Part shown: piece after piece, positions 32,421-41,622 of the stretch
Numbering within the stretch: position 1 is the stretch's first letter
Layout: each line of letters begins with the position of its first letter
Source of the DNA: a virus
Lineage: Duplodnaviria; Caudoviricetes
Length of the DNA: 41,622 nt
Reading direction: 5' to 3' (one strand)
Virus record (IMG/VR): IMGVR_UViG_3300033565_000085
Coordinates: 1 to 41,622 of that record
The notes under the pieces: generated by a model
What the model was told of the DNA's origin: nothing
Database searches by the model: none
The model's input: only the letters and a program-made list of their open reading frames with translations
Translations under genes and position numbers: made by a program

Positions 32421-35400
32421 ATGCCCATCGAAGTCACCGACATCCAACTGCTGGCCTCCGAGCGCCTGACCGACACCGACGACGGCGGCGGCAAGATGAC
32501 CGGCAACGTCATCGTGTCCGGGGCCATCAACAACCTTTTCCCCGACATCAGCCGCCTCGATCGCACCTATGGTCGCCTGAGCCTGCGCAAGGCGTTCATG
32601 TCGGTGCGCTCGCAGAACACCGACACCTACCTCGGCGCGCACGTGATCGTCACCGACCCGCCCAGCGACGACAAGGTGGCCGTGACCATGTTCACGACCG
32701 GCAGCCCCACCGACGTGCGCAGCAACGCGCAGGACCGCATCGAGAGCTATCTCACCGCCGGCCCGCTCAGCGCCTACTACGTGTTCGGCAACCAGCCGCA
32801 GGGCGCCAAGGCGATCACCCTGTTGGGCCGCGTGGAAGATGTCTTGCCGGAGGTTGGCGACGTGCTGGTGATCAGCGTCGAGAGCGGTGCAGTGGTGACG
32901 TCGCAGCAGTACGTGCGCATCGCTGACGTCAAGGCCGAAACGCGCAGCTTCACCGATGCGCAGGGCGACTACACGCGCAAGGTGGTCACGCTGAGCCTCA
33001 CCAGCGCGCTGCGGCAGACTTATATCGGCGCCGAGGCCAGCCGCCTCAGCAACGTGATCCCGCCCACGCGCATGCGCACAGTCACCGTCGCGGACGCCAG
33101 CAGCTACTTCGGCGTGAGCAAGCTCACCGCGCCGGCATCGGCCAGCGACCTGCAGGTGACGGTGGAGAGCATCACCGCCCAGCTGGTGCCCAGCACCACG
33201 CGCGAGGTGGCGGTGGCCGGCGCCACGCCGGGCCTGGCGCTCAGCTACATCGCCGCGAGCATCGCCCAGGCGCTCACCACCGGCGCCTCGCCGCGCTACC
33301 AGTACCGCGGCGTCTTCCCGGGCAGCCTGCAGGCCAGCACCAGCAGCGGCACCGCCAAGGATGACGGCGCCGGCAACATGAAGGTGGGCACCAGCACCGT
33401 CGGCGCGGTGGATTACGAGTCCGGCCGGCTCAGCGGGCCCAACATCAACGGCGGCACGTATATCCCGGCGGCCACCAGCAGCAGCGCAAGCAAGACCTAT
33501 TCCGTCGGCGTCACGCTGGCCAGCCAGGGCACGGTGTACGTCGTCACGCTGCCCAGCATCCCCAGCCCCGGCACGCTGAGCGTGGCGTTCCGCTACCTGG
33601 GCAAGTGGTACACCCTCACCGATTCGGCGCGCGACGGCACCGTGGCTGGTGATTCCGCCGCGGCCGGTGGCGGTACCGTGGATTACACCACCGGCGACGT
33701 CACCATGACGCTCGGCGCCATCCCGGACGTGGGCAGCAAAATCGTCTACAGCTGGGGCGACCCGACCAGCTACGAGCAGCACGGCGGCGACCTGACCGTC
33801 ACCGACCCGACGCTGATGTTCCAGGTGAGCCATTGGCCGATCAAGCCCGGCTCGCTCTCGCTCAGCTGGCTCACCGGCGGCGTGACCAAGACCGCCACCG
33901 CGGACAGCGCCGGCGTGATCACCGGCGACGCTACCGGCAGCGTGGTGTACCTGGACGGCACCATCATCATCAAGCCGGCCAGCGGCGCGTTCCCCGACTC
34001 GAGCGCGAAGATCCAGGTGGACTACACGCAGGCGGAGGGCGCGAAATCGTCCGTGGTCGGCGCGTACTCCGCCGGCACCATCACGTTCGACCTGCCGGCC
34101 AACGTGCTGCCGCTGCAGCCCGGTGCGGTTTCCGGCTCCATCGTGGGCGTCTACGGTGCCAGCCAGCCGACCATGTGGTGGAAGGATGACGGCGCCGGCG
34201 CGGTCATCTCCGCCACCGAGCTGGCGCCGAAGTACAAGCGCGTCGGCGGTGCCACCGGCAACCTGCCGATCGTGGCCGTGGCCAGCGGTAGCATCGACTA
34301 CACCACCGGCCATGTGATCATCCAGCCCGGCAGCCTGGCGCTGCGCGAATTCGTCGGCACCGGCACGTTCAACGTGCCCAGCGCCGACCCCGTGGCAGAT
34401 CCATACTTCACCGGCGAATGGCAGCTACAGGGCGGCGTGCCGACCTTCGTGCCGTCGCCGCTGGTGCAGTACAACGCCCGGCGCAATTCCGCCACGGAAA
34501 CCGCGCAGGCGGAAGCGATCGACTACCCGGGCGTTGGCTTCATGCTCAACCGCACCCTGATCGACCCGATCCTGCCGGGCAGCGTCTGGTTCACCTGGGG
34601 CGGCAAGACCTACATCGACCGGCAGGGCAGCATCTTCCGCGACATGGACGCCAGCAACGGCAGTGCCGTGCAGGCCGGCACCATCAACTACCAGACCGGC
34701 GAGGTGGTGCTGAGCAACTACGGCGCCAGCACGGGCGGCGCCGTGAGCCTGGTCTCGCTGGTGACGCGCTACGGCGTCATGCCCACCAGCTATGTCGTGT
34801 TCCGCACGCCCGGCGCACCGCTGCGGCCCGCGTCGTTCTACGTGCAGGCCATCCGCGTGGATACCGGCGAGACCATCACCGCCACCAGCACCAGCAACGG
34901 CAACATCACCGGCACGTTCATCGGCGGCACCGTCAACAACGACATGGGTTGGGCGGAGGTACGTTTCGGCAGCTTCGTCACCGCCGCCGGCAACGAAAAC
35001 GAGCCGTGGTACAGCGCAAACAATGTCGTCGGCACCACCGTCTGGAAGCCGATCTTCGTCGACCCCAGTACGATCAAATACAACTGCGTCGTGCAGACCA
35101 CGCTGCCGCTGGACGCCGACCTGCTCGGCATCGACCCGGTGCGCCTGCCGCTCACCGGCAAGGTGCCCATCTTTCGCGACGGCAACGTGGTGGTGATCCA
35201 CGACGACCGCACCGTCAACCTCACCGCTGGCTTCGGCCCCGGCAGCACCATGACCTTGCCTGACGCGCCGATCTCGCAAGCCGCGCTGGTCGACTCCGCG
35301 GGCGAGGCCGTGCCCATCAGCATGTACACGGTCGACATGGATACCGCCGTGATCACCGGCGCCACCGGCTACGACGTGAGCGGCATGACCGCCCCGATCG

Positions 35401-35975
35401 TTGTGCAGTACACCGTCGAGGACATGCTGCTGGCCAGCAGCGTGGAACTCGGCGGCCAGCTCACCCTTGTCTCGCCGCTGAGCCGGGACTACCCCAGCGG
35501 CGCCAAGGTGAGCAGCGCGTTGCTGTTCGGGGATCTGCAGGCGCAGAACCCGGTGTTTTTCAGCCAAGCGACGTGGCAGGGCGCGTGGAGTGATGCGATC
35601 AGCGGGGCGGGCACGACGGCGCAATACAACCGCACCACGTATCCGCTGGAGCTGGTCAATGCGGACAGCGTCACTGAACGGTGGGCGCTGATTTTCACCA
35701 GCAGCGCCAGCGGCAACATCGTGGGCGAGACGCTGGGCCAGATCGGCACGTTCACGACCTCGCAAAATGCCGCGCCGGTCAACCCGCTGTCTGGTCAGCC
35801 CTATTTCACGCTTGCGGCGGGTGGGTGGGGTAGCGGCTGGGGCGTCAACAACGTGCTCCGGTTCAACACGATCGGCCCGAATGCGCCGGTCTGGGTAGCG
35901 CGCACGGTGTTGCCAGGTGCGCAGGCGATCACGGATGACTCGTTCCGGCTGCAGATGCGTGGGGATGCCGCGTAA
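32421..35975 (+). CDS. large tail tip protein
   Basis: 1184 aa; SERLTDTDDGGGKMTG, NNLFPDIS, repeated G(T/A/S)(V/I)DYxxG motifs, IDPVRLP, TERWAL. Confidence 0.8.
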   Translation: MPIEVTDIQLLASERLTDTDDGGGKMTGNVIVSGAINNLFPDISRLDRTYGRLSLRKAFMSVRSQNTDTYLGAHVIVTDPPSDDKVAVTMFTTGSPTDVRSNAQDRIESYLTAGPLSAYYVFGNQPQGAKAITLLGRVEDVLPEVGDVLVISVESGAVVTSQQYVRIADVKAETRSFTDAQGDYTRKVVTLSLTSALRQTYIGAEASRLSNVIPPTRMRTVTVADASSYFGVSKLTAPASASDLQVTVESITAQLVPSTTREVAVAGATPGLALSYIAASIAQALTTGASPRYQYRGVFPGSLQASTSSGTAKDDGAGNMKVGTSTVGAVDYESGRLSGPNINGGTYIPAATSSSASKTYSVGVTLASQGTVYVVTLPSIPSPGTLSVAFRYLGKWYTLTDSARDGTVAGDSAAAGGGTVDYTTGDVTMTLGAIPDVGSKIVYSWGDPTSYEQHGGDLTVTDPTLMFQVSHWPIKPGSLSLSWLTGGVTKTATADSAGVITGDATGSVVYLDGTIIIKPASGAFPDSSAKIQVDYTQAEGAKSSVVGAYSAGTITFDLPANVLPLQPGAVSGSIVGVYGASQPTMWWKDDGAGAVISATELAPKYKRVGGATGNLPIVAVASGSIDYTTGHVIIQPGSLALREFVGTGTFNVPSADPVADPYFTGEWQLQGGVPTFVPSPLVQYNARRNSATETAQAEAIDYPGVGFMLNRTLIDPILPGSVWFTWGGKTYIDRQGSIFRDMDASNGSAVQAGTINYQTGEVVLSNYGASTGGAVSLVSLVTRYGVMPTSYVVFRTPGAPLRPASFYVQAIRVDTGETITATSTSNGNITGTFIGGTVNNDMGWAEVRFGSFVTAAGNENEPWYSANNVVGTTVWKPIFVDPSTIKYNCVVQTTLPLDADLLGIDPVRLPLTGKVPIFRDGNVVVIHDDRTVNLTAGFGPGSTMTLPDAPISQAALVDSAGEAVPISMYTVDMDTAVITGATGYDVSGMTAPIVVQYTVEDMLLASSVELGGQLTLVSPLSRDYPSGAKVSSALLFGDLQAQNPVFFSQATWQGAWSDAISGAGTTAQYNRTTYPLELVNADSVTERWALIFTSSASGNIVGETLGQIGTFTTSQNAAPVNPLSGQPYFTLAAGGWGSGWGVNNVLRFNTIGPNAPVWVARTVLPGAQAITDDSFRLQMRGDAA

Positions 35976-36871
35976 TGGCTGCCAGCACAACATATTTGCA
36001 AGAGGTGTTGGCCGATCTCCCTGTGTGGGCGCTGACCTGCAACGAAACCTCCGGCAGCACTGTGGCCGACGCCACGGGAAATTTGCATACAGGTTCGTTG
36101 TCGGGGAGTTATACGCTTGGCCAACCGCCGATGACGCCTGGGCTTGGCAAGAGCATTGCATTCAGCGCGTCCAATAATGGCAAGATATTGATCCCTTACA
36201 GTTCGTCGTTCATGTATGCCAACGACTGGGCTATTGAGCTGGTCATGAAATGTACCGGAAATAATCTAGGCCAAGTTTTCGGGTGGTTTGACGGTACTGC
36301 CCCTTATTATGGCGGCCCAGCAGTCTACGTAAATAACAACATCGCCAACGGTATTTCGGTGCGCGACAGCGTAGCTGGGTATGCATCGGTTGGAGGTGTT
36401 ACGGATGGCGTGTTCAGACATTATTTGTTGGGTCGGCGCGGAAATAACATCGAAGCATGGGTTAATGGCGTTCTGATTGGTTTGGCTTCGGACATTCCAG
36501 TAAAAAAGCCTACCGGCAGCTGGGTGCAAAGCCTGATGGCATTCCGCGACAATACACAGGGCGTTGCCGGGTCTCTCGATGAGGCGGCGTATTACACCAG
36601 CATGCCGTCTCCCGAACGCATTGCAATACATGCAGCAAGATCACTGGATCGTCGCAAGCTTGCCGGATCAGCGAAATTGGATACCGGTGCGCCGGCAACC
36701 GTGGTGTTGGCGCGGCGATGGGACACGCATGTCCATGTCGCCCAAACAACCCCTGACAATAACGGAAACTGGTCAGCGTATGTCGATGCCGGCGATTATG
36801 AAGTAACGACTATCGGTCCGTCCGGTTACCAGCCGATTTGCCATGGGCCGGTGACGGCGTTGGATTTCTAA
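35975..36871 (+). CDS. LamG/concanavalin-A-like tail protein, candidate receptor-binding protein
   Basis: CNETSGSTVADATG, WAIELVMK, VTDGVFRHY, AWVNG, GSLDEAAYY; clearly lower GC. Confidence 0.72.
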   Translation: MAASTTYLQEVLADLPVWALTCNETSGSTVADATGNLHTGSLSGSYTLGQPPMTPGLGKSIAFSASNNGKILIPYSSSFMYANDWAIELVMKCTGNNLGQVFGWFDGTAPYYGGPAVYVNNNIANGISVRDSVAGYASVGGVTDGVFRHYLLGRRGNNIEAWVNGVLIGLASDIPVKKPTGSWVQSLMAFRDNTQGVAGSLDEAAYYTSMPSPERIAIHAARSLDRRKLAGSAKLDTGAPATVVLARRWDTHVHVAQTTPDNNGNWSAYVDAGDYEVTTIGPSGYQPICHGPVTALDF

Positions 36872-38770
36872 GTGTCTACCGCGCCGTATGTTCCGCCGAC
36901 CGGATTAAGCATTACGGTAGTTTTAAAGCCAGGTTATGTTGCGCCCGGTGGCTTGAACGTTAATGCGGTGTTGATTCAACCGGGCTCGCCTCCAGTGTCG
37001 TCTGGTGCTTATGCCGCGGTGGTTTTGTCATACCGCGCGGCGGATCGGCGTTCGGCGAGGCCGCTGGATTCCGCGTGGAAACCGACGACACAACGGGCAA
37101 GGCCGGCGGCGATCGCCTGGCGGAAAGCGGCCATCGCGTGCATCACGGCGGAATATTCATGGAGTAAGACCCGCGCGGCGGATTTAACGTCTGACGTGGT
37201 GTGGCAGTTCGGCGGCATGTTGTCGTGCAACTTTGCCAGCCCTTGGTCCACGGTAGTCGCCACCGACCACCGCAGCTCGTTGAACTGGCGGCCAGTCGCC
37301 GCGCGTTGGCAAGTGGGTGTGAGCGTGCCATGGGTGGTGGTTTATCCGCGGCAGGCCTTGCAGGCAGTCCTCTGGCATCGTGCGTCATTGCCTGCCTTGA
37401 TCTACCAGGCTCCACCAACCAGCGCTTATGTGCCCCCGGCTGGCACAGCGGTAACCGCCATATTGGCTCCCGGTTATGTACCACCGCCGCAAGACACCAT
37501 TGACGTGGTGATGAGCGGATTTTCTCAACAGCCTCCGGTGATCGTCCAGCGCGCGGATCCGCCGCGCTGGGTCATCCGCTGGGGTCTCGTCGCTACCGCC
37601 GACAACCGCTACGTGATCCGCTGGGGCCTCGGCGACCAGTACCACCGCCCCGATCCTCCCCCGATCGACAACCCCTGGACCGGCAGCCCGAACGAGCCCC
37701 CACCCATCCCCATTGCCCGCAGGGTCTACATCATCATGAACGACGTGCAAGTGGTACGGCTGCCAGAGCGCACGCCGATCGATGTGCTGTCCGTTGACCT
37801 CAACGCGTCGGTCGACAGCTGGGCGTGGACGGTGCGCATGGAGCTGGCCAACCCGGCGCAGCTCGCCCTGCTCAAGCCTGGCGGCGACGGCCCCAAGCTG
37901 GTCGAGATCACCATGAACAGCTATGTGTGGACGGCGATCATCGAGGGCAGGGAACGCAGCCGCGCGTTTGCCAACGCCGCCGTCACAGTCACCGGCCGCA
38001 GCCAGACCGCGCTGCTCTCCGGCGACTACACGGCAGCGCGCTCCAAGTCGTTCGAGAGCGCCTATTCCGCGCAGCAGCTGGCCAACCTCGAGATCAGCGA
38101 GCGCGCACTGCCGTTCACCGTCGACTGGCGCGGGCTCGATTGGGTGGTGCCCGGTGGCGTCTGGTATTACCAGGACCTGGCGCCCATCGACGTGATCGCG
38201 CAGATCGCCGCCTCGCGCGGGGCCGTGCTGCAGTCGGCGGCCGGCGACGCGAGCCTGATTGTGCAGAGCCGCTACCCGGTGAGCCCGTGGTCGTGGGATG
38301 CGGGCAGCGCGGATGTGGCGCTGCCGATCGACTGGGTGACCAACGTCAATGCGCAGCAACACAGCAAGCCCATGTATGACGCGGTTATCATCGCCGGCCA
38401 GGCGCAGGGCGTGCTGGCCAAGGTCACCCGCGCGGCCAGCGCCGGTGCCACGTTCGCGCCGCAGGTGGTCGACCAGCTCATGGTCACCGCCGACGTCGCC
38501 ACCGAACGCGGGCGCAACGTGCTGAGCGACCGCGGCGTGCAGGAACAGGTCGATATGGATATCCCGCTGTTCGCGCCGGGCACCGTCACCGCCGGCATGT
38601 CCGGCCTGTACCAGCCGCTGCTGCTGGTGGACGTGCAAGACCCGAACGACCCCTGGCAGGGCCAGACCGTGGGCGTATCCATCAGCGCCCGCCGCGGCGG
38701 CCCCGACAACAAGGCGCTGGAGATCTGGCAGCGCGTATCACTCGAGAGGCACCTGTCCGATGCTAGTTGA
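36872..38770 (+). CDS. tail protein
   Basis: low-GC N-terminal part; conserved-type C-terminal part (VYIIMNDV, DSWAWT, GRSQTALL, RYPVSPWSW). Confidence 0.75.
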   Translation: MSTAPYVPPTGLSITVVLKPGYVAPGGLNVNAVLIQPGSPPVSSGAYAAVVLSYRAADRRSARPLDSAWKPTTQRARPAAIAWRKAAIACITAEYSWSKTRAADLTSDVVWQFGGMLSCNFASPWSTVVATDHRSSLNWRPVAARWQVGVSVPWVVVYPRQALQAVLWHRASLPALIYQAPPTSAYVPPAGTAVTAILAPGYVPPPQDTIDVVMSGFSQQPPVIVQRADPPRWVIRWGLVATADNRYVIRWGLGDQYHRPDPPPIDNPWTGSPNEPPPIPIARRVYIIMNDVQVVRLPERTPIDVLSVDLNASVDSWAWTVRMELANPAQLALLKPGGDGPKLVEITMNSYVWTAIIEGRERSRAFANAAVTVTGRSQTALLSGDYTAARSKSFESAYSAQQLANLEISERALPFTVDWRGLDWVVPGGVWYYQDLAPIDVIAQIAASRGAVLQSAAGDASLIVQSRYPVSPWSWDAGSADVALPIDWVTNVNAQQHSKPMYDAVIIAGQAQGVLAKVTRAASAGATFAPQVVDQLMVTADVATERGRNVLSDRGVQEQVDMDIPLFAPGTVTAGMSGLYQPLLLVDVQDPNDPWQGQTVGVSISARRGGPDNKALEIWQRVSLERHLSDAS

Positions 38771-38990
38771 CGTCTGGAAGCGATTCGAAGGCCTGCTGCC
38801 GTCGCAAACCGTCACCATCGCCACGGTGGCGGCGATCAATACCGACGGCACCAGTTCGCTCACCACGCCCGAAGGCGGCACCCTGCGCGCGATCGGCACC
38901 AGCGTCGGCGTGGGCGCCAACGTCTACGTGCAGTTCGGGCGCATCATCGGCCCGGCACCATCGCTGACCCCCTATAACATCACAGTGTAG
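38760..38990 (+). CDS. small tail protein
   Basis: VWKRFEGLLP...GRIIGPAP; GAGG RBS; overlaps previous gene. Confidence 0.65.
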   Translation: MLVDVWKRFEGLLPSQTVTIATVAAINTDGTSSLTTPEGGTLRAIGTSVGVGANVYVQFGRIIGPAPSLTPYNITV

Positions 38991-39083
38991 GTGACCGCCT
39001 ACGGTGCTGGACGTCGCGCGCCGACAGGTGCGATGCTTTGCGCGTGGCAGCATGGTGCGCACTTTCAGCGCATGGAGAACGGC

Positions 39084-39263
39084 ATGTCTGACAACCTGCA
39101 CAATCGCGGTCCTGCTGACCGTACACGTGTCAACGTCAACGAATCATGGGAACTCCGGTACTGGTGCAAGGAATTCAATTGCACCGAAGCGCAGTTGCGC
39201 GCCGCCGTGCGCGCCGTGGGCGTGATGGCGAAAGACGTGCGTGCGCACCTGGCCAAGCGATGA
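39084..39263 (+). CDS. DUF3606 family protein
   Basis: MSDNLHNRGPADRTRVNVNESWELRYWCKEF...LRAAVRAVG; GGAG RBS. Confidence 0.85.
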   Translation: MSDNLHNRGPADRTRVNVNESWELRYWCKEFNCTEAQLRAAVRAVGVMAKDVRAHLAKR

Positions 39264-39529
39264 ACCGACTGCTTGCCATCGTCGCTGGCCTGCTGCTGGC
39301 GTTCGCCGTGCACGCCAGCGACAGCGTTCGTTTCGGCAGTCGCGTGATCACCGTCGGCGACTCGGAAAGCAAGGTGCTGGATGTGGCCGGCGAACCCGAG
39401 CGCCGCGTACAGCTCCAGAACCGATACGGCGCGGCCACCGGCTACCGACTCGACTACGAGGTGGGCCGCAAGACCGTGCAGATCTACATCACGCAGGGGC
39501 GCGTGGTGGCGATCGACGAAGTGTATTGA
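39260..39529 (+). CDS. DUF2845-like exported protein
   Basis: signal peptide ending AVHA; SVRFGSRVITVGDS..KVL..AGEP. Confidence 0.72.
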   Translation: MNRLLAIVAGLLLAFAVHASDSVRFGSRVITVGDSESKVLDVAGEPERRVQLQNRYGAATGYRLDYEVGRKTVQIYITQGRVVAIDEVY

Positions 39530-39735
39530 CGGTGCGCCTGGAAGAACTGCGCGTGGATCAGCGCGTGATGGTGGTGAATGAGACCCGCCATGGTGGCCGG
39601 CTGTACCTGCAGGAAGTCGACGTGCACCGCATCTATCATCCCGACACGGGCGCGGTGAACATCCGCGTCTGCGTACTCGACGGCAGCGGGCAATGCTTCG
39701 CCGGGTTCCAGCCGGAAGACCTCGATTTTCCGTAG
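39526..39735 (+). CDS. small hypothetical protein
   Basis: TTG/GTG start overlapping previous stop; ends exactly at late promoter 3. Confidence 0.45.
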   Translation: MTVRLEELRVDQRVMVVNETRHGGRLYLQEVDVHRIYHPDTGAVNIRVCVLDGSGQCFAGFQPEDLDFP

Positions 39736-39778
39736 TGCCATCCCTCCGGTAAAGCTGGCACACCCGCTGCCCGATGCT
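39735..39778 (+). promoter_or_regulatory. late promoter 3 (lysis genes)
   Basis: GTGCCA-tccctccggtaaagc-TGGCACA, 10 nt, GATGCT, 7 nt, ATG. Confidence 0.78.
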
Positions 39779-39785
39779 GGGCAGC

Positions 39786-40358
39786 ATGCAGTCATCGCCA
39801 ACCCCTGCCGCCACTTCCGCCGCGCCCTTCCTGCTCGCCTGGGGCGCTCGCGTCAGCACCGATTTCGCCCGCCACCTGCTGGGCATCTGCAGCGAGTTCG
39901 GCTGGGGTCGATCGCATGCAAACTGGCTGATGGCGTGCATCGCCTTCGAGTCGCGTGAAACGTTCAGCGCGAGCGTGCGCAACGCCGCGGGCAGCGGGGC
40001 GGTGGGGCTGATCCAGTTCATGCCGTCCGCGGCGCGCGGCCTGGACACCACCACCGAAAGCTTGGCGGCGATGTCTGCCGAATCGCAGCTGACGTACGTG
40101 CGCGCGTATTTCCGCGCCTATGCCCGGCGCGTCCAGAGCCTCAGCGACATGTACATGGCGATCTTGTTGCCGAAGTACATCGGCACCGCCGAGGGCACCG
40201 TGCTGTTCTCCGGCACCGGCGCCAGTTACCGGCAGAACGCCGGTTTGGACGCCAACACCGACGGCAAGATCACCAAGGGCGAAGCCACCGCGCGAGTGGC
40301 CGCCATGCTGCAGCGTGGGCTGGAACCGGCCAATGCGGCGGCTTACGTGTGGCCATAG
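39786..40358 (+). CDS. endolysin, lytic-transglycosylase-like with EF-hand-like motif
   Basis: WLMACIAFES, GSGAVGLIQFMP, LSDMYMAIL, YRQNAGLDANTDGKITKGE. Confidence 0.88.
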   Translation: MQSSPTPAATSAAPFLLAWGARVSTDFARHLLGICSEFGWGRSHANWLMACIAFESRETFSASVRNAAGSGAVGLIQFMPSAARGLDTTTESLAAMSAESQLTYVRAYFRAYARRVQSLSDMYMAILLPKYIGTAEGTVLFSGTGASYRQNAGLDANTDGKITKGEATARVAAMLQRGLEPANAAAYVWP

Positions 40359-40449
40359 TCGTGGCCACCACTTTTCACAACAGGGGCCACTGATCGCGCG
40401 CGGACAAGCGTGGAGGGCGTCGAACATGACCAGTTATTGCGGGGCCACG

Positions 40450-40779
40450 ATGGACGATCCAAGCAACCTCCCCAACGGCATCGGCGGCCTGATCGGACTG
40501 GCCAGTGCTGCCATCGTCGGGGCCATTCTCTGGTTGCGCCGGTTCTTGTCGAAAGACGCCACGGACCGCTCGGCCGACACCGCCTACCGGTCCCTGATCG
40601 AGGATCTGCGCCAGCAGATCGAACTGGAGCGGGCGCGCAACAAGGAACTCAGCGACTCGCGCGACGCGGCCGTGGAACAGATCAGCGGCCTGCGCCAACA
40701 GGTCTCCGATCTGAGTGACCAGGTGGCGAAGTTGCAGCGCCAGCTCGCTGCCTTGCAGCCTGCGTCGACGCCGTCGTGA
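40450..40779 (+). CDS. lysis-region membrane protein (holin candidate)
   Basis: one N-terminal TM segment plus coiled coil; follows endolysin. Confidence 0.6.
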   Translation: MDDPSNLPNGIGGLIGLASAAIVGAILWLRRFLSKDATDRSADTAYRSLIEDLRQQIELERARNKELSDSRDAAVEQISGLRQQVSDLSDQVAKLQRQLAALQPASTPS

Positions 40780-41105
40780 CGCGCGGCCAGAAAGTCGCCG
40801 ACTGGTACCGCGGCCACGCGGCGTGGCTGGCCGTGATCACGCTTTCCGCGGCCACGTTCGGGTACGGCTACTGCCTGGCCACGGTGCAGGCCCGTGCCGA
40901 TCGCGCGGATGAGGTCGCCAAGACCGCCGCCGCGTACCAGACCGCGCTGAGCGCCAAGGATCAGCTGATCAGCCGCCTGGCCGGCTCCGCCGTGAAAGCC
41001 TCCGACCAGGCCGCGGACGCGGCCAGCACCGCCGCCATGGCCGCCGATACCGCCGCGAAAGCCGCCGACGCCGCAGCAGCACACAAGCCGGTGAAGAAAC
41101 CATGA
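40776..41105 (+). CDS. lysis-region membrane protein
   Basis: TM segment plus Ala-rich helix; GTGA overlap. Confidence 0.55.
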   Translation: MTRGQKVADWYRGHAAWLAVITLSAATFGYGYCLATVQARADRADEVAKTAAAYQTALSAKDQLISRLAGSAVKASDQAADAASTAAMAADTAAKAADAAAAHKPVKKP

Positions 41106-41212
41106 CCCATCGCGACGACCTCGACCCAGCACGCGGCATCCTCGCCGCCAGCGCGCTCGGCCTGCTGCTGTGGCTGATCGTGGCGGCCATCGCCTGCGCG
41201 ATCTACCGATGA
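41102..41212 (+). CDS. 36-aa membrane peptide (not in ORF track)
   Basis: MTHRDDLDPARGILAASALGLLLWLIVAAIACAIYR; ATGA overlaps at both ends. Confidence 0.55.
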   Translation: MTHRDDLDPARGILAASALGLLLWLIVAAIACAIYR

Positions 41213-41622
41213 GCGCGGCCGCCGCCGTCTTGCGTCACTGGCGCGCGATCCTGGCCGTGCTGCTGGCGGCGGCGCTGGCGTGGTGGGGCTATGCCAGCCT
41301 GCAGGAGTACGGATCGCGCCAGTTCGAGGCTGGCCGCCAGCAAGTCCTGGCCGCCGATGCCGTCGCGGCGGCGGCGGCTCGCGAACAGGCGGACCAGCGC
41401 GCCGCCGCCGCCGCCGCCGCCGGCGTCGACTTGCACATCGCCCTCGACAGCCAGCTGCCGAAAATCGAGACCACTACCCATGATGCCGCCGAAAAAATCC
41501 GCACCATCTACCTGGCTCCGCCTGCTGCTGATCGCGCTGTGTGCGAGCGTCCTGCCGGCGTGCCAACGGAACCCGACGCCGCCCGTCGGCGTGCCTACGC
41601 CGCCGCCCGTGGTGACCTGTGA
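41209..41622 (+). CDS. i-spanin (Rz-like)
   Basis: N-terminal TM segment, Ala-rich coiled coil, C-terminal Cys. Confidence 0.7.
   Translation: MSAAAAVLRHWRAILAVLLAAALAWWGYASLQEYGSRQFEAGRQQVLAADAVAAAAAREQADQRAAAAAAAGVDLHIALDSQLPKIETTTHDAAEKIRTIYLAPPAADRAVCERPAGVPTEPDAARRRAYAAARGDL
41480..41622 (+). CDS. o-spanin lipoprotein (Rz1-like), overlapping in +1 frame, truncated by window
   Basis: MMPPKKSAPSTWLRLLLIALCASVLPA-C lipobox followed by Pro-rich QRNPTPPVGVPTPPPVVTC. Confidence 0.75.
   Translation, partial: MMPPKKSAPSTWLRLLLIALCASVLPACQRNPTPPVGVPTPPPVVTC

Larger units (their letters stand above)
1072..41622. mobile_element. lambda-like prophage integrated at tRNA-Cys (right end outside window)
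   Basis: full module order int-xis-early-cI/cro-replication-terminase-head-tail-lysis; left boundary inferred from the tRNA-Cys T-arm mismatch. Confidence 0.95.

Noticed and set aside
18430-36161. Long antisense ORFs (e.g. 18430-20844, 23198-25027, 26002-27528, 32352-34313, 34425-36161; also 5432-6898, 9187-10626, 14125-15939)
   Set aside because: They are shadows of real genes on the opposite strand, as expected in high-GC DNA, and have no recognisable motifs.

Overview
GC-rich gammaproteobacterial chromosome (gene content suggests Xanthomonadales; this is an inference). The window starts with pgsA, tRNA-Gly(GCC) x2 and tRNA-Cys(GCA). A lambda-like, long-tailed prophage is integrated in the 3' end of tRNA-Cys and runs past the right edge, so attR is not in the window. 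Gene order: tyrosine integrase, leftward early operon (xis, C5 methyltransferase, DUF2303 pair, DUF1566 lectin), cI/cro switch with five TTAGG-N5-CCTAA operators, primase, Mom-like protein, VapE helicase, iteron origin, cos-like site, terminase, Mor-like activator, portal, ClpP-capsid fusion, tail, a small moron and lysis genes. The standout feature is an array of four integron-type gene cassettes (2703-3991) inside the phage early operon. Each cassette has a recognisable attC site, and no integron integrase is present. All four attC sites are inverted relative to their genes, and the array joins the phage exactly at the TAA-C stop codon of xis. Other notable items: a DUF1566 gene whose 3' end looks like a DGR variable repeat with no template or reverse transcriptase here, three near-identical leaderless late promoters, a chimeric tRNA-Cys, and a 36-bp perfect palindrome. 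Product calls come from recognising motifs by eye; no database search was run.
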